Origin: an uncultured Chloroflexia bacterium
GTDB taxonomy: Bacteria; Chloroflexota; Limnocylindria; QHBO01
Direction: 5' to 3'
Length of the DNA stretch: 64,000 bases
Assembly (NCBI GenBank): GCA_963771155.1
Contig: CAVYSK010000012.1
Coordinates: 203,504-267,503 of the forward strand
Part shown: piece by piece, positions 18,792-28,732 of the stretch
Position numbering within the stretch: position 1 is the first letter of the stretch
How the letters are laid out: every line of letters starts with the position of its first letter
Notes under the pieces: generated by a model
Told to the model about the DNA's origin: nothing
Seen by the model: only the letters and a program-made list of their open reading frames with translations
The model's database searches: none
Translations under genes and position numbers: made by a program

Positions 18792-19343
18792 TCAGTCGTG
18801 GTGGTCGCCGTTGCGCTCGGTGAGGAGCGCCGCCAGGCCGGCCAGGCGCGGATCGATCTCGTCGCCGCCATGGTCGTGCGTTCCGCGGTCGAGCTTCTCG
18901 CCGCACTCAGCGCACAGGCCCGGACAGTCCTTGCGACAGAGGGGATGCATCGGCTCCGTCAGGGCCAGCTCGTCGTGGAAGACACCGCCCAGGTTGATCT
19001 CGTGGTGCTCGTCGATGCGCAGGACCGCCTCGTCGTCCGACGACTCGTAATGAACGTGGGCCCCGCTTTCGAGGTCGACCGTGGGGATGAACTCCTCCTC
19101 GATCGGGACCCGCACCTCCTCCACGTACGGGTCGGTGCATCGCGCGCAGGTGCGGCGCAGCGGCGCGCGGAGCTCGCCACGCACGAGGATCCCGCGGTTC
19201 GTGCGCTGGAGATGCAGGTCGGCGTCGAGCGGGCCGGCGAGCTCGACGTCGCCTCCGAGGCTGACGTAATGGTCACGCAGGCGGACGTCACGCGATGCCC
19301 CGGGCGGCTCGTGGAGGAGCCCGGCGACGTTGAACGCGGTCAT
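18792..19343 (-). CDS. yceD: YceD/DUF177 family protein (23S rRNA accumulation protein)
   Basis: 183-aa ORF with LRRTCARCTDPY... and HPLCRKDCPGLCAECGEKL, typical of DUF177. It lies immediately upstream of rpmF. Confidence 0.85.
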   Translation of the reverse strand: MTAFNVAGLLHEPPGASRDVRLRDHYVSLGGDVELAGPLDADLHLQRTNRGILVRGELRAPLRRTCARCTDPYVEEVRVPIEEEFIPTVDLESGAHVHYESSDDEAVLRIDEHHEINLGGVFHDELALTEPMHPLCRKDCPGLCAECGEKLDRGTHDHGGDEIDPRLAGLAALLTERNGDHHD

Positions 19344-19816
19344 GGACGGGGGGCGGGCTGTACCTGCTCCTCGTCAACGACGATCGCCCCGGACGTCGCG
19401 TCGCCGCCGCCGTCGGACGCGGAAGAGCGGTGGCGTTCGTCCAGCATGTCGATCCCGCGCTTGATGCTCGTCAGCGCCTTGATGCACTCGCCCTCGAGGC
19501 GGATCAGCACGCCGGCGGCGTACTCGTCGGCGCCGCGACGGACCTCGCGTGCCTCGTCCTGGGCGGTGTCGATGATCTCGGCGGCGCGCTGTTGGGCGGC
19601 GCGGACGAGCTCGCGCTCCTCGAGCATGTGGGCCGCCTGCTCCTGGGCACGCGCAGTGATGGCATCGCCCTCCTCGCGGGCGCGCTCGGTGATCCGGCCG
19701 GCCTCCTCGGTGATCCGGCGCGCCTGGCGCACCTCGTCGGGCACGGACACGCGCAACTGGTCCACCAGCTCCAGGATGGTGGCCTGGTCGAGCACGACGT
19801 TGCTCGTCAGCGGCAC
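19340..19816 (-). CDS. Coiled-coil protein of unknown function (V-ATPase subunit H-like / COG2811-like)
   Basis: 158-aa ORF with high third-position GC and a charged heptad-like sequence (RQARRITEEAGRITERAREEGDAITARAQEQAAHMLEE). It has a 4-nt ATGA overlap with yceD. The functional label is only a resemblance. Confidence 0.55.
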   Translation of the reverse strand: MPLTSNVVLDQATILELVDQLRVSVPDEVRQARRITEEAGRITERAREEGDAITARAQEQAAHMLEERELVRAAQQRAAEIIDTAQDEAREVRRGADEYAAGVLIRLEGECIKALTSIKRGIDMLDERHRSSASDGGGDATSGAIVVDEEQVQPAPRP

Positions 19817-19895
19817 CTTCTTCCCGGTCGCGATCAGCGACTCCAGGCGCTCGACGAGGAAGATGATGTCCGTGGCCGGCCCTCCTTGGCCGCGA

Positions 19896-20402
19896 TTATA
19901 CGCGCGGCTGAACGTCCCCCTCGGCCATCCGGCGAGCGAGCGCCTCGGCTACCGGGGCCGGAACCATCGGTCGGATGTCTCCTCCGAAGCGCGCGACCTC
20001 CTTCGTGAGCGACGAGCTGACGTAGCCGTACTCGAGCGCGGTCATGAGGAAGGTCGTGTCGACCTCCGGGGCGAGCTTGCGGTTCGTCAGAGCCATCTGC
20101 AGCTCGGCCTCGAAGTCGCTGACCGCGCGGAGGCCACGCACGATGAACCCCGCGTCGTGGTGCCGGGCGAACTCGACGGTGAGCCCGTCGAAGGCGTCGA
20201 CGCTGACGTGTGGACCGAGATCGGCCACGCAGCGCTCGATGAGCGCCACCCGTTCATCGATCTCGAACAGCGGCGCCTTCTTCGGGTTGTTGAGCACGCC
20301 AACGATGAGCCGATCGAACAGCCGTGAAGCTCGGTGCGCCACGTCGAGGTGCGCGTTCGTCATCGGGTCGAACGAGCCGGGAAAGACTGCGACCCGGTTC
20401 AT
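19896..20402 (-). CDS. coaD: Phosphopantetheine adenylyltransferase
   Basis: Internal ATG at 20402 gives MNRVAVFPGSFDPMTNAHLDV and overlaps the rsmD stop by 4 nt. Also contains FIVRGLRAVSDFE. Confidence 0.94.
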   Translation of the reverse strand: MNRVAVFPGSFDPMTNAHLDVAHRASRLFDRLIVGVLNNPKKAPLFEIDERVALIERCVADLGPHVSVDAFDGLTVEFARHHDAGFIVRGLRAVSDFEAELQMALTNRKLAPEVDTTFLMTALEYGYVSSSLTKEVARFGGDIRPMVPAPVAEALARRMAEGDVQPRV

Positions 20403-20944
20403 GCGTCCTCCAGTTCCAGGAAGGTGAGCATCGTCTCGCCGAAGCGCCGCTGGCGGACCGCGGTCAGCCCGTCGACGTCCGGCACCTCCGTGCGCCAGAA
20501 CGCCTTTACCACCACTGTCGCGGCCGGGGCGAGGTGCCGGGCCACGGCGCGAAGCGGCGCCACGATAGCACGCTCCTCGTAGGGTGGATCGAGCACGACG
20601 AGGTCCCATCGCTCGGCCTCGTCGGCGGTGGCGAGGAACCGCTCGACCGGGACGGCGTGCACGGTCGCTCCCTCGGTGAGCCGCGTCGCCGCCAGGTTGG
20701 ACCGGATCGCATCCACGCCCGGGCGCCCGCGCTCCACGAAGTCGGCCGACGCCGCACCGCGCGACAGCGCCTCGATCCCGATGGCGCCGCTTCCCGCGTA
20801 GAGGTCCAGCACGCGGGCATCCGGCACCCGCTCGCCGAGGATCGCGAACAGGGTCTCCTTCACGCGGTCGGTGATCGGCCGCGTGCCCCGGTCACGGGGG
20901 GCGGTCAGCGGCACGCCCCGCGCTGACCCGGCGATCACCCGCAT
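20399..20944 (-). CDS. rsmD: 16S rRNA (guanine966-N2)-methyltransferase RsmD
   Basis: 181-aa ORF beginning MRVIAGSARG..L, with RPITDRVKETLF, LDLYAGSGAIGIEALSRGA and VVLDPPY. Confidence 0.92.
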   Translation of the reverse strand: MRVIAGSARGVPLTAPRDRGTRPITDRVKETLFAILGERVPDARVLDLYAGSGAIGIEALSRGAASADFVERGRPGVDAIRSNLAATRLTEGATVHAVPVERFLATADEAERWDLVVLDPPYEERAIVAPLRAVARHLAPAATVVVKAFWRTEVPDVDGLTAVRQRRFGETMLTFLELEDA

Positions 20945-23024
20945 CAGGCCGCGTCCCCCTCGTCCTCTGCGGCGGCGAAGTCTGCCTGCAGCCGAGCCAG
21001 CGCCGGTCGCTGCCCGAGAGCGGGATCGGCGGTTATGACCTCGTCCGCCATGGCGCGCGCCCGCTCGGCGAGCCGCAGGTGCCGGGGCTCGAACAGCGAT
21101 GCCACCCGCAGCGGCGGGAGTCCGGACTGGCGGGTGCCCAGCAGATTGCCGGCTCCGCGCAGCCGCAGGTCCTGCTCCGCGATGTGAAACCCGTCCGACG
21201 AGTCGCGCACGACCGCCAGCCGCTCCTGGGCCAGCGGATCGGTGGCATCCGACAGGAGGATGCAGAACGACCGATGCGGGCCACGCCCGACTCGACCGCG
21301 CAGCTGGTGCAGCTGGGCCAGGCCGAACCGCTCGGCATCCTCGATGAGCATGACGCTCGCATTCGGCACGTCGATGCCGACCTCGACCACCGTCGTCGCG
21401 ACCAGCAGGTCCATCTCCCCCGCCGCAAAGGCGGTCATCGTGGCGTCGCGCTCGTCCGCGCGCTGCTGGCCGTGGACGAGGCCGATGCGCAGGGCCGGCA
21501 GTGCGCCGCGCAGCCGCTCGACCTCGGCTTCGGCACTGGCCGCTTCCATGGCCTCCGACTCGGCGACGAGCGGCACGACGACGAACGACTGCCGTCCTTC
21601 GGCCGCTTCGGCAGCGAGAAACTCCTCGATCCTGGGAAGCGCCCGACGGTCGCGGATCTCGGTCCGAATCGGCTGGCGTCCAGGGGCAGCTCGCGAATCG
21701 TGCTGATCGCCAGGTCGCCGTAGACCGTGAGCGCCAGGGTGCGCGGGATCGGCGTGGCGGTCAGCGCAAGGAGATGGGGCTCCCGGTCGGTGCCCTTCGC
21801 CTGCAGCGCCGCCCGCTGTCCCACGCCGAACCGGTGCTGCTCGTCGACGATGGCGAGTCCGAGGCGCGGAAAGACGACCGCCTCGCTGATAACCGCGTGC
21901 GTGCCGATGACGACCTCGGCCATCCCGCCACCGATCGCGTCGTGAATCTCGCGCTTGCGTGCCGGGGTCAGCGATCCCGACAGGAACTCCGCGCGGACGC
22001 CAAGGCGGTCAAGAAGCGGTGCCAGCCCGGCATGGTGCTGGCGGGCCAGGATCTCGGTGGGCGCCATGAGGACGGCCTGCCAGCCGGCGCGCACGGAGCA
22101 GGCCAGTGCGACGGCGGCCACCGCCGTCTTACCGCTGCCGACGTCACCCTGGAGCAGGCGGCGCATCGGGCGCATGGCGGCGAGGTCCTCGACGATCGCG
22201 TCCACCGCGGCGCGCTGATCGCCCGTGAGCGTGAACGGGAGGGCGGCGACGATCTCGTCGACGACGCCCGCGTCGACCGGGATCGGCGCCGCATGGAGCT
22301 CCGCACGAGCCTGCCGCGCCTGGGCGAGCGTCAGCTGCAGGGCGAGCAGCTCGTCGAAGGCCAGCCGGTCGAGCGCATCCTGGACGTCGCCCGCATCCTC
22401 GGGGAAATGAGCGGTGCGCAAGGCGTCGTCGAGGGGCGGCAGGTCGCCACGCTCGGCATCGGCCAGGGGGTCGTCCACCGCCGGGAGCGCCGCCTCGAGC
22501 GTCCGGGCGAGGAGCTCGCGCAGCCGCCTCTGGGTCACGCCTGCGGCCAGGTGGTAGACCGGCACGACGCGGCCGGTGTGGACCGAATCGTGCCCGGCCG
22601 GGCTGAACTCGGGCGATGTGAACTGGGTCCGCCAGCCGCGCTGGGTGACCTTGCCGGACATGATCACCTCGTCTCCGACCTTGAGGCGGCGCTCGACGTA
22701 TCGGCGGCCGAACCAGATCGCCTCGGCGCTTCCGGAGTCATCGCTGACCTGGGCGATCACGCGCTGCGGGCGGCGCCCGAAGCCAGGCTCCACGCGGATG
22801 GCCTGGATCGTCACCCGCGCCGACTGCTTCTCGTCAGGCAGGAGCTCGGCCAGCGGACGTTGGTCGCTGAAGTCGTCGTAGCGGAACGGGAGATACCAGA
22901 GCGCGTCGCGCGGGGTCGTGATCCCGAGCTTGGCGAGCGCGTTCGCCGCGCGGGCGAGCGCCGGCAGGGCGGTTCGGATCGGCCGGTCGAGATCGATCGG
23001 ATCCAGGACCCGGCTCGATTGCAT
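20944..23024 (-). pseudogene. recG: ATP-dependent DNA helicase RecG, frame interrupted in a C4 run (G4 on plus) at 21683-21686
   Basis: ORF 21435..23024 is canonical RecG up to GDLAISTIRELP (wedge domain, GDVGSGKTAVA, DEQHRFG). Manual translation of the next frame continues PGRQPIRTEIRDRRALPRIEEFLAAEAAEGRQSFVVVPLVAESE into ORF 20944..21576 (helicase C-terminal motifs, QLRGRVGRG). Confidence 0.9.
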
Positions 23025-23107
23025 GGGCCGATCCTAGCGTGCTACCATCGGGGTCGCTCCGGCGCGGTGGCGCCGGTTTTTCATGTGATCCGGAGAGCGA
23101 TTCGACC

Positions 23108-23299
23108 ATGGCCCGCGTCTGCGATATCTGCGGCAAGCGCCCGATCACCGGCTGGAACCCCCAGTCGGTCGGGATGAACCGCAAGCGCGCGCTGCGCCGA
23201 TGGTTGCCGAACCTCCAGCCGATGACCATCGTCCGCGACGGCCGCACCGAGAAGGTCAAGGCCTGTAGCCGCTGCCGCCGCACCGCCCAGAAGGTCTAG
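23108..23299 (+). CDS. rpmB: 50S ribosomal protein L28
   Basis: Internal ATG at 23108 gives MARVCDICGKRPITGWNPQSVGMNRKRALRRWLPNLQ. It is divergent from recG, a common arrangement. Confidence 0.93.
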   Translation: MARVCDICGKRPITGWNPQSVGMNRKRALRRWLPNLQPMTIVRDGRTEKVKACSRCRRTAQKV

Positions 23300-23354
23300 G
23301 CCTCGCGCCGCGGCTGCCAGCGTCAACACGGATTCCCGGAGGTAGCTGACCGAT

Positions 23355-23379
23355 ACGCCCGCGTCGATGACGCGGGCGT
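23355..23379. terminator. GC-rich hairpin between convergent rpmB and dtd (possible bidirectional terminator)
   Basis: acgcccgcgtc-gat-gacgcgggcgt has perfect 11-nt arms. There is no clear U-tract on either side. Confidence 0.4.
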
Positions 23380-23386
23380 GGTGCTG

Positions 23387-23838
23387 TCAGGCGAGATCGC
23401 GCTCCGAGTCCAGGACGAGCGTGAACGGTCCGTCGTTCACGAGCTCGACCGCCATTTCCGCTCCGAAACGTCCGGTCTCGACCTGCAGGCCGGCGGCTCG
23501 GACCCGCGCGACGAACCGATCGATGAGTGGCACGGCCCGCTCGGCGGCGCTGCACCGGTGAATCCGGGCCGGCGGCCGCGGCTGACGTCGGCCTGGAGTG
23601 TGAACTGGCTGACGACGAGGAAGGCTCCGCCGACGTCGCCAATCGCGAGATTCGTGCGCCCATCGGCGTCACGGAAGTAGCGAAGGCCGACGAGCTTGTC
23701 GGCCATCCCGTCGACGACGGCGTCGTCGTCCTGGGTTGCGATCCCGACGAGCACGAGTGCGCCCGTGCCGATCTCACCCAGGAGCCTGTCCCCCTCCCGG
23801 ACCGAGGCGCTGCTCACGCGCTGGACAACGAGGCGCAT
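23387..23838 (-). pseudogene. dtd: D-aminoacyl-tRNA deacylase, frame interrupted near 23541-23542
   Basis: ORF 23437..23838 begins MRLVVQRVSSASV...[26 protein letters not shown] and then turns to non-homologous sequence. Shifting one nucleotide gives [51 protein letters not shown], the canonical Dtd C-terminus (NDGP motif). Confidence 0.9.
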
Positions 23839-23842
23839 CGGC

Positions 23843-25463
23843 CTATGGAGACGCGGAGGCTGAAGGCTCGACCGACGGTGATGTCCCTGCGGACGTGACC
23901 GGCCCTGCGTCCTCGCCCTCGCGAGGGGCGCCCAGTGCCGCCTCGGTGAAGAGGGCTCGCGCGTTCCAGATCATCCAGCCCTTCGCCTCCCGATCGGCAG
24001 CGGCCTGCATCTCCGCACGCACCTGATCCGCGGTGTACGGCGCGAAGGAGCCGTAGCCGAAGTCCTGGATCCACGGCCGGATCACGACCGGCAGGCCGGC
24101 CTTCTGCTCGTTCATGATCTCCAGGGTCTGATCGATCACCTCGTAGGGGAAGTTGTTCGGGACGTCGTACCCGAAGACGCCGGGGCCGTAGTGGCTGGGG
24201 TAGACCATGGGGCAGAAGTAGTCGACGTACGGCATGATCACCTCCGGCCGCTGCCCGATGCCCTGGTCGTCGGGCACGATGAAGCTGATCGGGAACACGT
24301 CGGCACCGAGGAACGCACGGGTCGTGTCGAGCTCCTCGCTCACCACGCGCAGCACGCGCTGGATGGCCGGCAGCCGGAATGACTGGGTGTTCGGCAGGTT
24401 GGTGTCGGCCACGTCGTATGGCCCGTCGCTGAAGAAGCGGATGTAGTCGAGCTGGACCTCGTCGAAGCCCTTGGCGGCGAGGTCGCCTGCGATGGCGGCG
24501 ATGTACTCGGCCACGCCGGGCGCCGACGGATCCAGCCACGCCCCACCGATGTTGTCCCGCCACGGCTCGCCGGTCGCGCTGTTGCGGACCGCCAGCTCCG
24601 GCCGCGCGACCGCCGAGGTGTTGTCCTTCATGACCACCATCCGCGCGATCGTGTAGATCCCGCGCTCCTCGAGCATCGGGAGCAGCTCTGCGAGATCGAA
24701 GACCGGCGCTTCGCGGACGGCGCCGACTTCCTCGGCCGCGGGCAGGTCGGTGGCGTAGTACAGCCGGCCATCGGTCTCCTTGACGTCGATGACCATGGCG
24801 TTCGCCTCGGTGCGATCGATGAGGTCGAGCAGGGCGTCCAGCCGGCCGGGCGCTTCGAAGATCGCCGAGGGCGCGTACAGGGCGCGAGCCTCGAACGGCT
24901 CGAGCGCCACGTCGAAGACCATCTCCTCGCCGATCGCACGCTCCACGAGCCGATAGCCCGGCTGCTTGGCGACGAGCGTTCCGTCCTCGGGCACGCCGGC
25001 CAGCGCGTACGCACCGTCCTCACCCGTCACGGCCATCGTCTCCCTGCCATCCACGAACACCCGGACGCCGGGGACAGGCGCGCCGGTCTCGTCGGTCACG
25101 GTGCCGGTCACCACGTTCGGGCGCAGATCCACTCGCAGGTCGCCCTCGTTCGGCACCGTGGCGTCGGCCGGGTCGTGGCCGTCGGCTTCGACCGCCAGGG
25201 TCGAGCCGCGCAGCGCGGTGAGGGTCGCGGAGCCCGCGGCATCCGTGGTCACCGTCGCGCCGTCGAGGGTGATGCGCGCATCGGCCAGGCGGTGCGTCGG
25301 ACCCGCGAGTGACGACGGTGACCGCGACGTCGCGCGGCTGCTCCGGGGTCGGCTCGGGCGTTGGCGCGAAGGGAAGCTGGGGGCCGTTCTCGCCGCACGC
25401 GGCCAAGACCAGCGCCACGATGAGGATGGGAACGAGGCGGTGGGCTCGCGGCAGCAGCGTCAG
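23843..25463 (-). pseudogene. Lipoprotein with carboxypeptidase-regulatory-like domain(s) and a DUF4015-type putative glycoside hydrolase domain; frame interrupted near 25288-25292
   Basis: ORF 23843..25252 has GTVTDETGAPVPGVRVFVDG and NAMVIDVKETDGRLYY...IARMVVMKD...GFDEVQLDYIRF (DUF4015-like). The upstream frame encodes LTLLPRAHRLVPILIVALVLAACGENG (lipobox LAAC) and DVAVTVVTRGSDAP. Removing one c in ccgCctgg joins it to LADARITLDGATVTTDAAG. The only start candidate after the rpe stop is CTG. Confidence 0.75.
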
Positions 25464-26167
25464 GTCCTTTCGGCGTCGAGTTCGGCGTCGGCACCCGCTC
25501 GGGCGGCGGCACGCAGGGCGGCGACCGTGGGCGCGAGGTCGCCGTCGGTACTGTACAGGGCACTGCCGACCACGAGGACCTCGCCGCCCGCGTCGTGAGC
25601 GGCCGCGATCGTGTCGCGGTTCACGCCGCCGTCGACACCGATCCGGAGCGGAAGTCCGCGACGCGCCACCTGGTCGCGCAACGCCCGCAGCTTCGGCACC
25701 ACCTCGCCGATGAAGGCCTGGCCGCCCCAGCCGGGATGGACGGTCATGACGAGCAGGAGGTCGACCGCGTCGAGCCACGGATGGACCGCCTCGGCAGGTG
25801 TCTCCGGGTTGAGCGCGATTCCCGGTCGCCTGCCGGCGCGCTCGATGGCGGCAATCACCGCCGCGGGATCGTCGTCGGCCTCGACGTGGAACACGATCAG
25901 GTCACTGCCCGCATCGGCGAAGCGGTCCACGTAGGCACGGGGGTTGTCGATCATCAGGTGGCTGTGGAACGGGAGCTCGGTCGCCGGGCGGACCGCCTCG
26001 ACCAGGACGGGTCCCATCGTCAGGTTGTCGACGAAGTGGCCGTCCATGACGTCGAGGTGGATCGAGTCCACGCCGCCGGCATCGGCGCGACGGACCTCGC
26101 CGGCCAGCTGGCCGAAGTCGGCGTTCAGGATGCTGGCGCTGAGGTGCGGCGCCGGCGCGTCCTTCAC
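25460..26167 (-). CDS. rpe: Ribulose-phosphate 3-epimerase
   Basis: 235-aa ORF with SILNADF, HLDVMDGHFVDNLTMGP and VMTVHPGWGGQAF. Confidence 0.95.
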   Translation of the reverse strand: MKDAPAPHLSASILNADFGQLAGEVRRADAGGVDSIHLDVMDGHFVDNLTMGPVLVEAVRPATELPFHSHLMIDNPRAYVDRFADAGSDLIVFHVEADDDPAAVIAAIERAGRRPGIALNPETPAEAVHPWLDAVDLLLVMTVHPGWGGQAFIGEVVPKLRALRDQVARRGLPLRIGVDGGVNRDTIAAAHDAGGEVLVVGSALYSTDGDLAPTVAALRAAARAGADAELDAERT

Positions 26168-27292
26168 GCCGGCAGCGCCGAGGCGCTACGCGCCTCGCGC
26201 AGCGACCGACCCGCCAGCTGGGCGTGGAGCTGACCGCAGGCGGCCTCGATTTCCCGTCCGCGCGTGTCCCGCACCGTGACCGTCACGCCGCCTTCGCGGA
26301 GGATCCCGGTGAAGCGGGCGATCCCGGCCCGTGGCGTCCCGCTCCATCGCGAGCCGGGCGTCGGGTTGAGCGGGATCAGGTTGACGTGGGAGCGCCAGCC
26401 GCGGGCATGGGCGGCGAGCCCGCGCGCCTGGTCGTCCGTGTCGTTCACGCCGTCGATCATCACGTACTCGAGGCTCACCCGTCGCCCGGTACGCGCGGCG
26501 AACCGCCGTCCGGCGGCCACGACCTCGCCGACCGGCCACTTCCGGTTGATCGGCACGAGCTCGTCGCGGAGCGTCGTCGGTGGCGGCATGAAGGCTGATC
26601 GCCAGGTTCACCTGAGGCAGCTCCTCGACCATTCGGTCCATGCCGGGAACCACGCCGGACGTCGAGACGGTGATGTGCCGGGCGCCGATCCCGAGCCGAT
26701 CGGGATCGTTGAGGAGGCGGACTGCGGTAAATACGCGGTCAGCGTTGTTCAGCGGCTCCCCCATCCCCATGAACACGATGTTGTAGTGGCCGCGGTCGCC
26801 GAGCGCCATCCACGGCCGCCGATGCCAGTGCAGCACCTGGTCGACGATCTCGCCCGGGCTGAGCTGGCGCCCGAACCCGGCCTGCCCGGTGGCGCAGAAG
26901 GGGCACGCCACGGCGCATCCCGCCTGGGAGCTGATGCAGATCGTCGTGCGCTCCGCCGATCTGCCGCGGGCGGCGTACCGCATGAGCACCGACTCGATCC
27001 GCTGCCCGTCTGAAAGCTCGTGGACCGCCTTGGCGGTCAGGCCGCCGTCGGCGCCGATGACGTGGCTGTCGACGATGGTGCTGAATCGAAAGGCACCCCC
27101 GAGATCGGCGCGCAGGCCGCGCGGGAGGTCGGTGAGGTCGGCGAAGCCGGCGGCCTCGGGCCGGTGGGCTCCGGCCAGGATCTGATCCGCCCGATACGCC
27201 GGCTCGCCGCGGGCTGCGAGCCACGCGGCGAGCGATGCGGAGTCGACTTCGCTGATCGCCGGCAACGGGCCGGCGAGGGGCAGCCCAATCAC
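26164..27292 (-). pseudogene. rlmN: 23S rRNA/tRNA (adenine-C2)-methyltransferase RlmN (radical SAM), frame interrupted near 26572
   Basis: ORF 26186..27292 is RlmN-like up to NLAISLHAATDD, including CAVACPFCATG (CxxxCxxC). ORF 26164..26589 continues LRDELVPINRKWPVGEVV...SLEYVMIDGVNDT...NLIPLNP...ACGQL. The junction is gacgacGctccgc. Confidence 0.9.
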
Positions 27293-27309
27293 GAAGCAGT
27301 CACGAGGAC

Positions 27310-28032
27310 TCAGTCACGGCGTCCGAAGATCAGGAATACGTAGTACAGGAATGTCAGCAGCGCTGTCAGCGCGCCGGCGACATAGGTCCATGCGGCGGCC
27401 TTGAGGACGTCGCGCGCCCCGGTCTGCCGCTCGCCCGTCATGCCAAGGCCGTTGACGAAGGCCAGGGCCTTTCCGGATGCGCCGATCTCGACCGGCAGCG
27501 TGGCGAACGTGAAGAGCACCGCGGCGCCGAAGCCGATGAGGCCGACGATGGCGAGCCCGGTGACGTTGAAGATCAGGCCTGCGATGACCAGCCACGGCGC
27601 GATGGTCGAACCGAACTGCGCCGCCGGGACGATCGCCTGGCGGACGGCCATCAGCGGTTCCTTCTGCTGGTCCTGGAGCGCGTGGCCCACCTCGTGGGCG
27701 ATGACGGCGGCGGCGGCCACCGACAGCCGTGGCGTGGCGCTGCGCACTCCCGCGGTCTCGAGCGCCGTGGCGTCGGCGACCTGGGTGCTGACGCGCAGGA
27801 TCTTCCCCCGCGGGTCGTAATGATCGGTCAGCTGGCCCGGCGTGGGCTCGATGCGAACGTGCTGCAGGCCCTGGCGGTCCAGCAGCTGCCGGGCGAAGTC
27901 GAATGCGTCGACGTTGACGCCGGAATCGACCTTCGACCACTTGCCGTAGGTCGACCGGACGCGCCACGCCGCCCACCCGGTGATGCCGAGCGTGACAACG
28001 AGGAGCAGGATGTAGAGCGGGTCGAGGAACAT
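27310..28032 (-). CDS. Membrane zinc metallopeptidase (Zn_peptidase_2 / YpfJ-like family)
   Basis: Internal ATG at 28032 gives MFLDPLYILLLVV. Also contains LTDHYDPRGKILRVS, AHEVGHALQ, LPVEIGASGKAL and VLKAAAWTYVAGAL. The long N-terminal extensions of track ORFs 27310..28872 and 27314..29161 are Arg/Ala/Pro noise. Confidence 0.85.
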   Translation of the reverse strand: MFLDPLYILLLVVTLGITGWAAWRVRSTYGKWSKVDSGVNVDAFDFARQLLDRQGLQHVRIEPTPGQLTDHYDPRGKILRVSTQVADATALETAGVRSATPRLSVAAAAVIAHEVGHALQDQQKEPLMAVRQAIVPAAQFGSTIAPWLVIAGLIFNVTGLAIVGLIGFGAAVLFTFATLPVEIGASGKALAFVNGLGMTGERQTGARDVLKAAAWTYVAGALTALLTFLYYVFLIFGRRD

Positions 28033-28123
28033 GTGTGTGCTGCCCACCTCCGGAGGGCGTGTCGAGTATATCCGAGCGCCCACATTTCGGCCTTGAGCCC
28101 GAGGGGCTCGGCACGCCGCTTGC

Positions 28124-28732
28124 GTGGACCTGGGGCAGACCCCGCAGAGACCCACCGCCATGACCCTCTTCGATCGGATCGCCGCCACCGCGGGCGACAC
28201 CACCACAACCGCACGCCTCCGCGCCGAGCGCGCGACCCGGCGACGCGATGGCATCGGACCCGCCACGGCGCTCGGGCTCGCCTCGCTCGGCGCACTCGCC
28301 GGCGCAGCGGCCGCGTTCCTCCTGGACCCGGCGCGCGGTCGCGCGCGCCGCGCGCGCCTCGTAGACCAGGGCGGCGCCACGCTGCGGCGCACGGGTCGCC
28401 ACGCGCGCCACGCCGTCAACCGCATTGGCAGCGACCTTGCCGGCCGTGTGGCTGCCGTCCGCGCACAGCGCGCGCCGGACACCCGGGCGCTGGACGACGC
28501 CACGCTGACCGATCGCGTCAGCAGCATCGTGTTCCGCGACCACTCCATTCCGAAGGGCGCACTGAACGTGAACGTCGAGCGCGGCGTGGTCGTCCTCCGC
28601 GGTGAGATTCCGGACGAGGCCATGCGCGCACGGCTCGTTGCCGACGTCGACGCGGTGGACGGCGTCTGGAGCGTCCATGACCTCATGCACCTCCCCGGCG
28701 AGGAGGCCGTCGGAGTCCGGGTCGCTAGCTGA
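28124..28732 (+). CDS. BON domain-containing protein with an N-terminal membrane/YtxH-like segment (start may be the ATG at 28160)
   Basis: The C-terminal DDATLTDRVSSIVFRD...NVNVERGVVVLRGEIPDEAMRARLVADVDAVDGVWSVHDLM matches the BON pattern. There is a hydrophobic stretch ALGLASLGALAGAAAAFLL. Confidence 0.7.
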   Translation: MDLGQTPQRPTAMTLFDRIAATAGDTTTTARLRAERATRRRDGIGPATALGLASLGALAGAAAAFLLDPARGRARRARLVDQGGATLRRTGRHARHAVNRIGSDLAGRVAAVRAQRAPDTRALDDATLTDRVSSIVFRDHSIPKGALNVNVERGVVVLRGEIPDEAMRARLVADVDAVDGVWSVHDLMHLPGEEAVGVRVAS

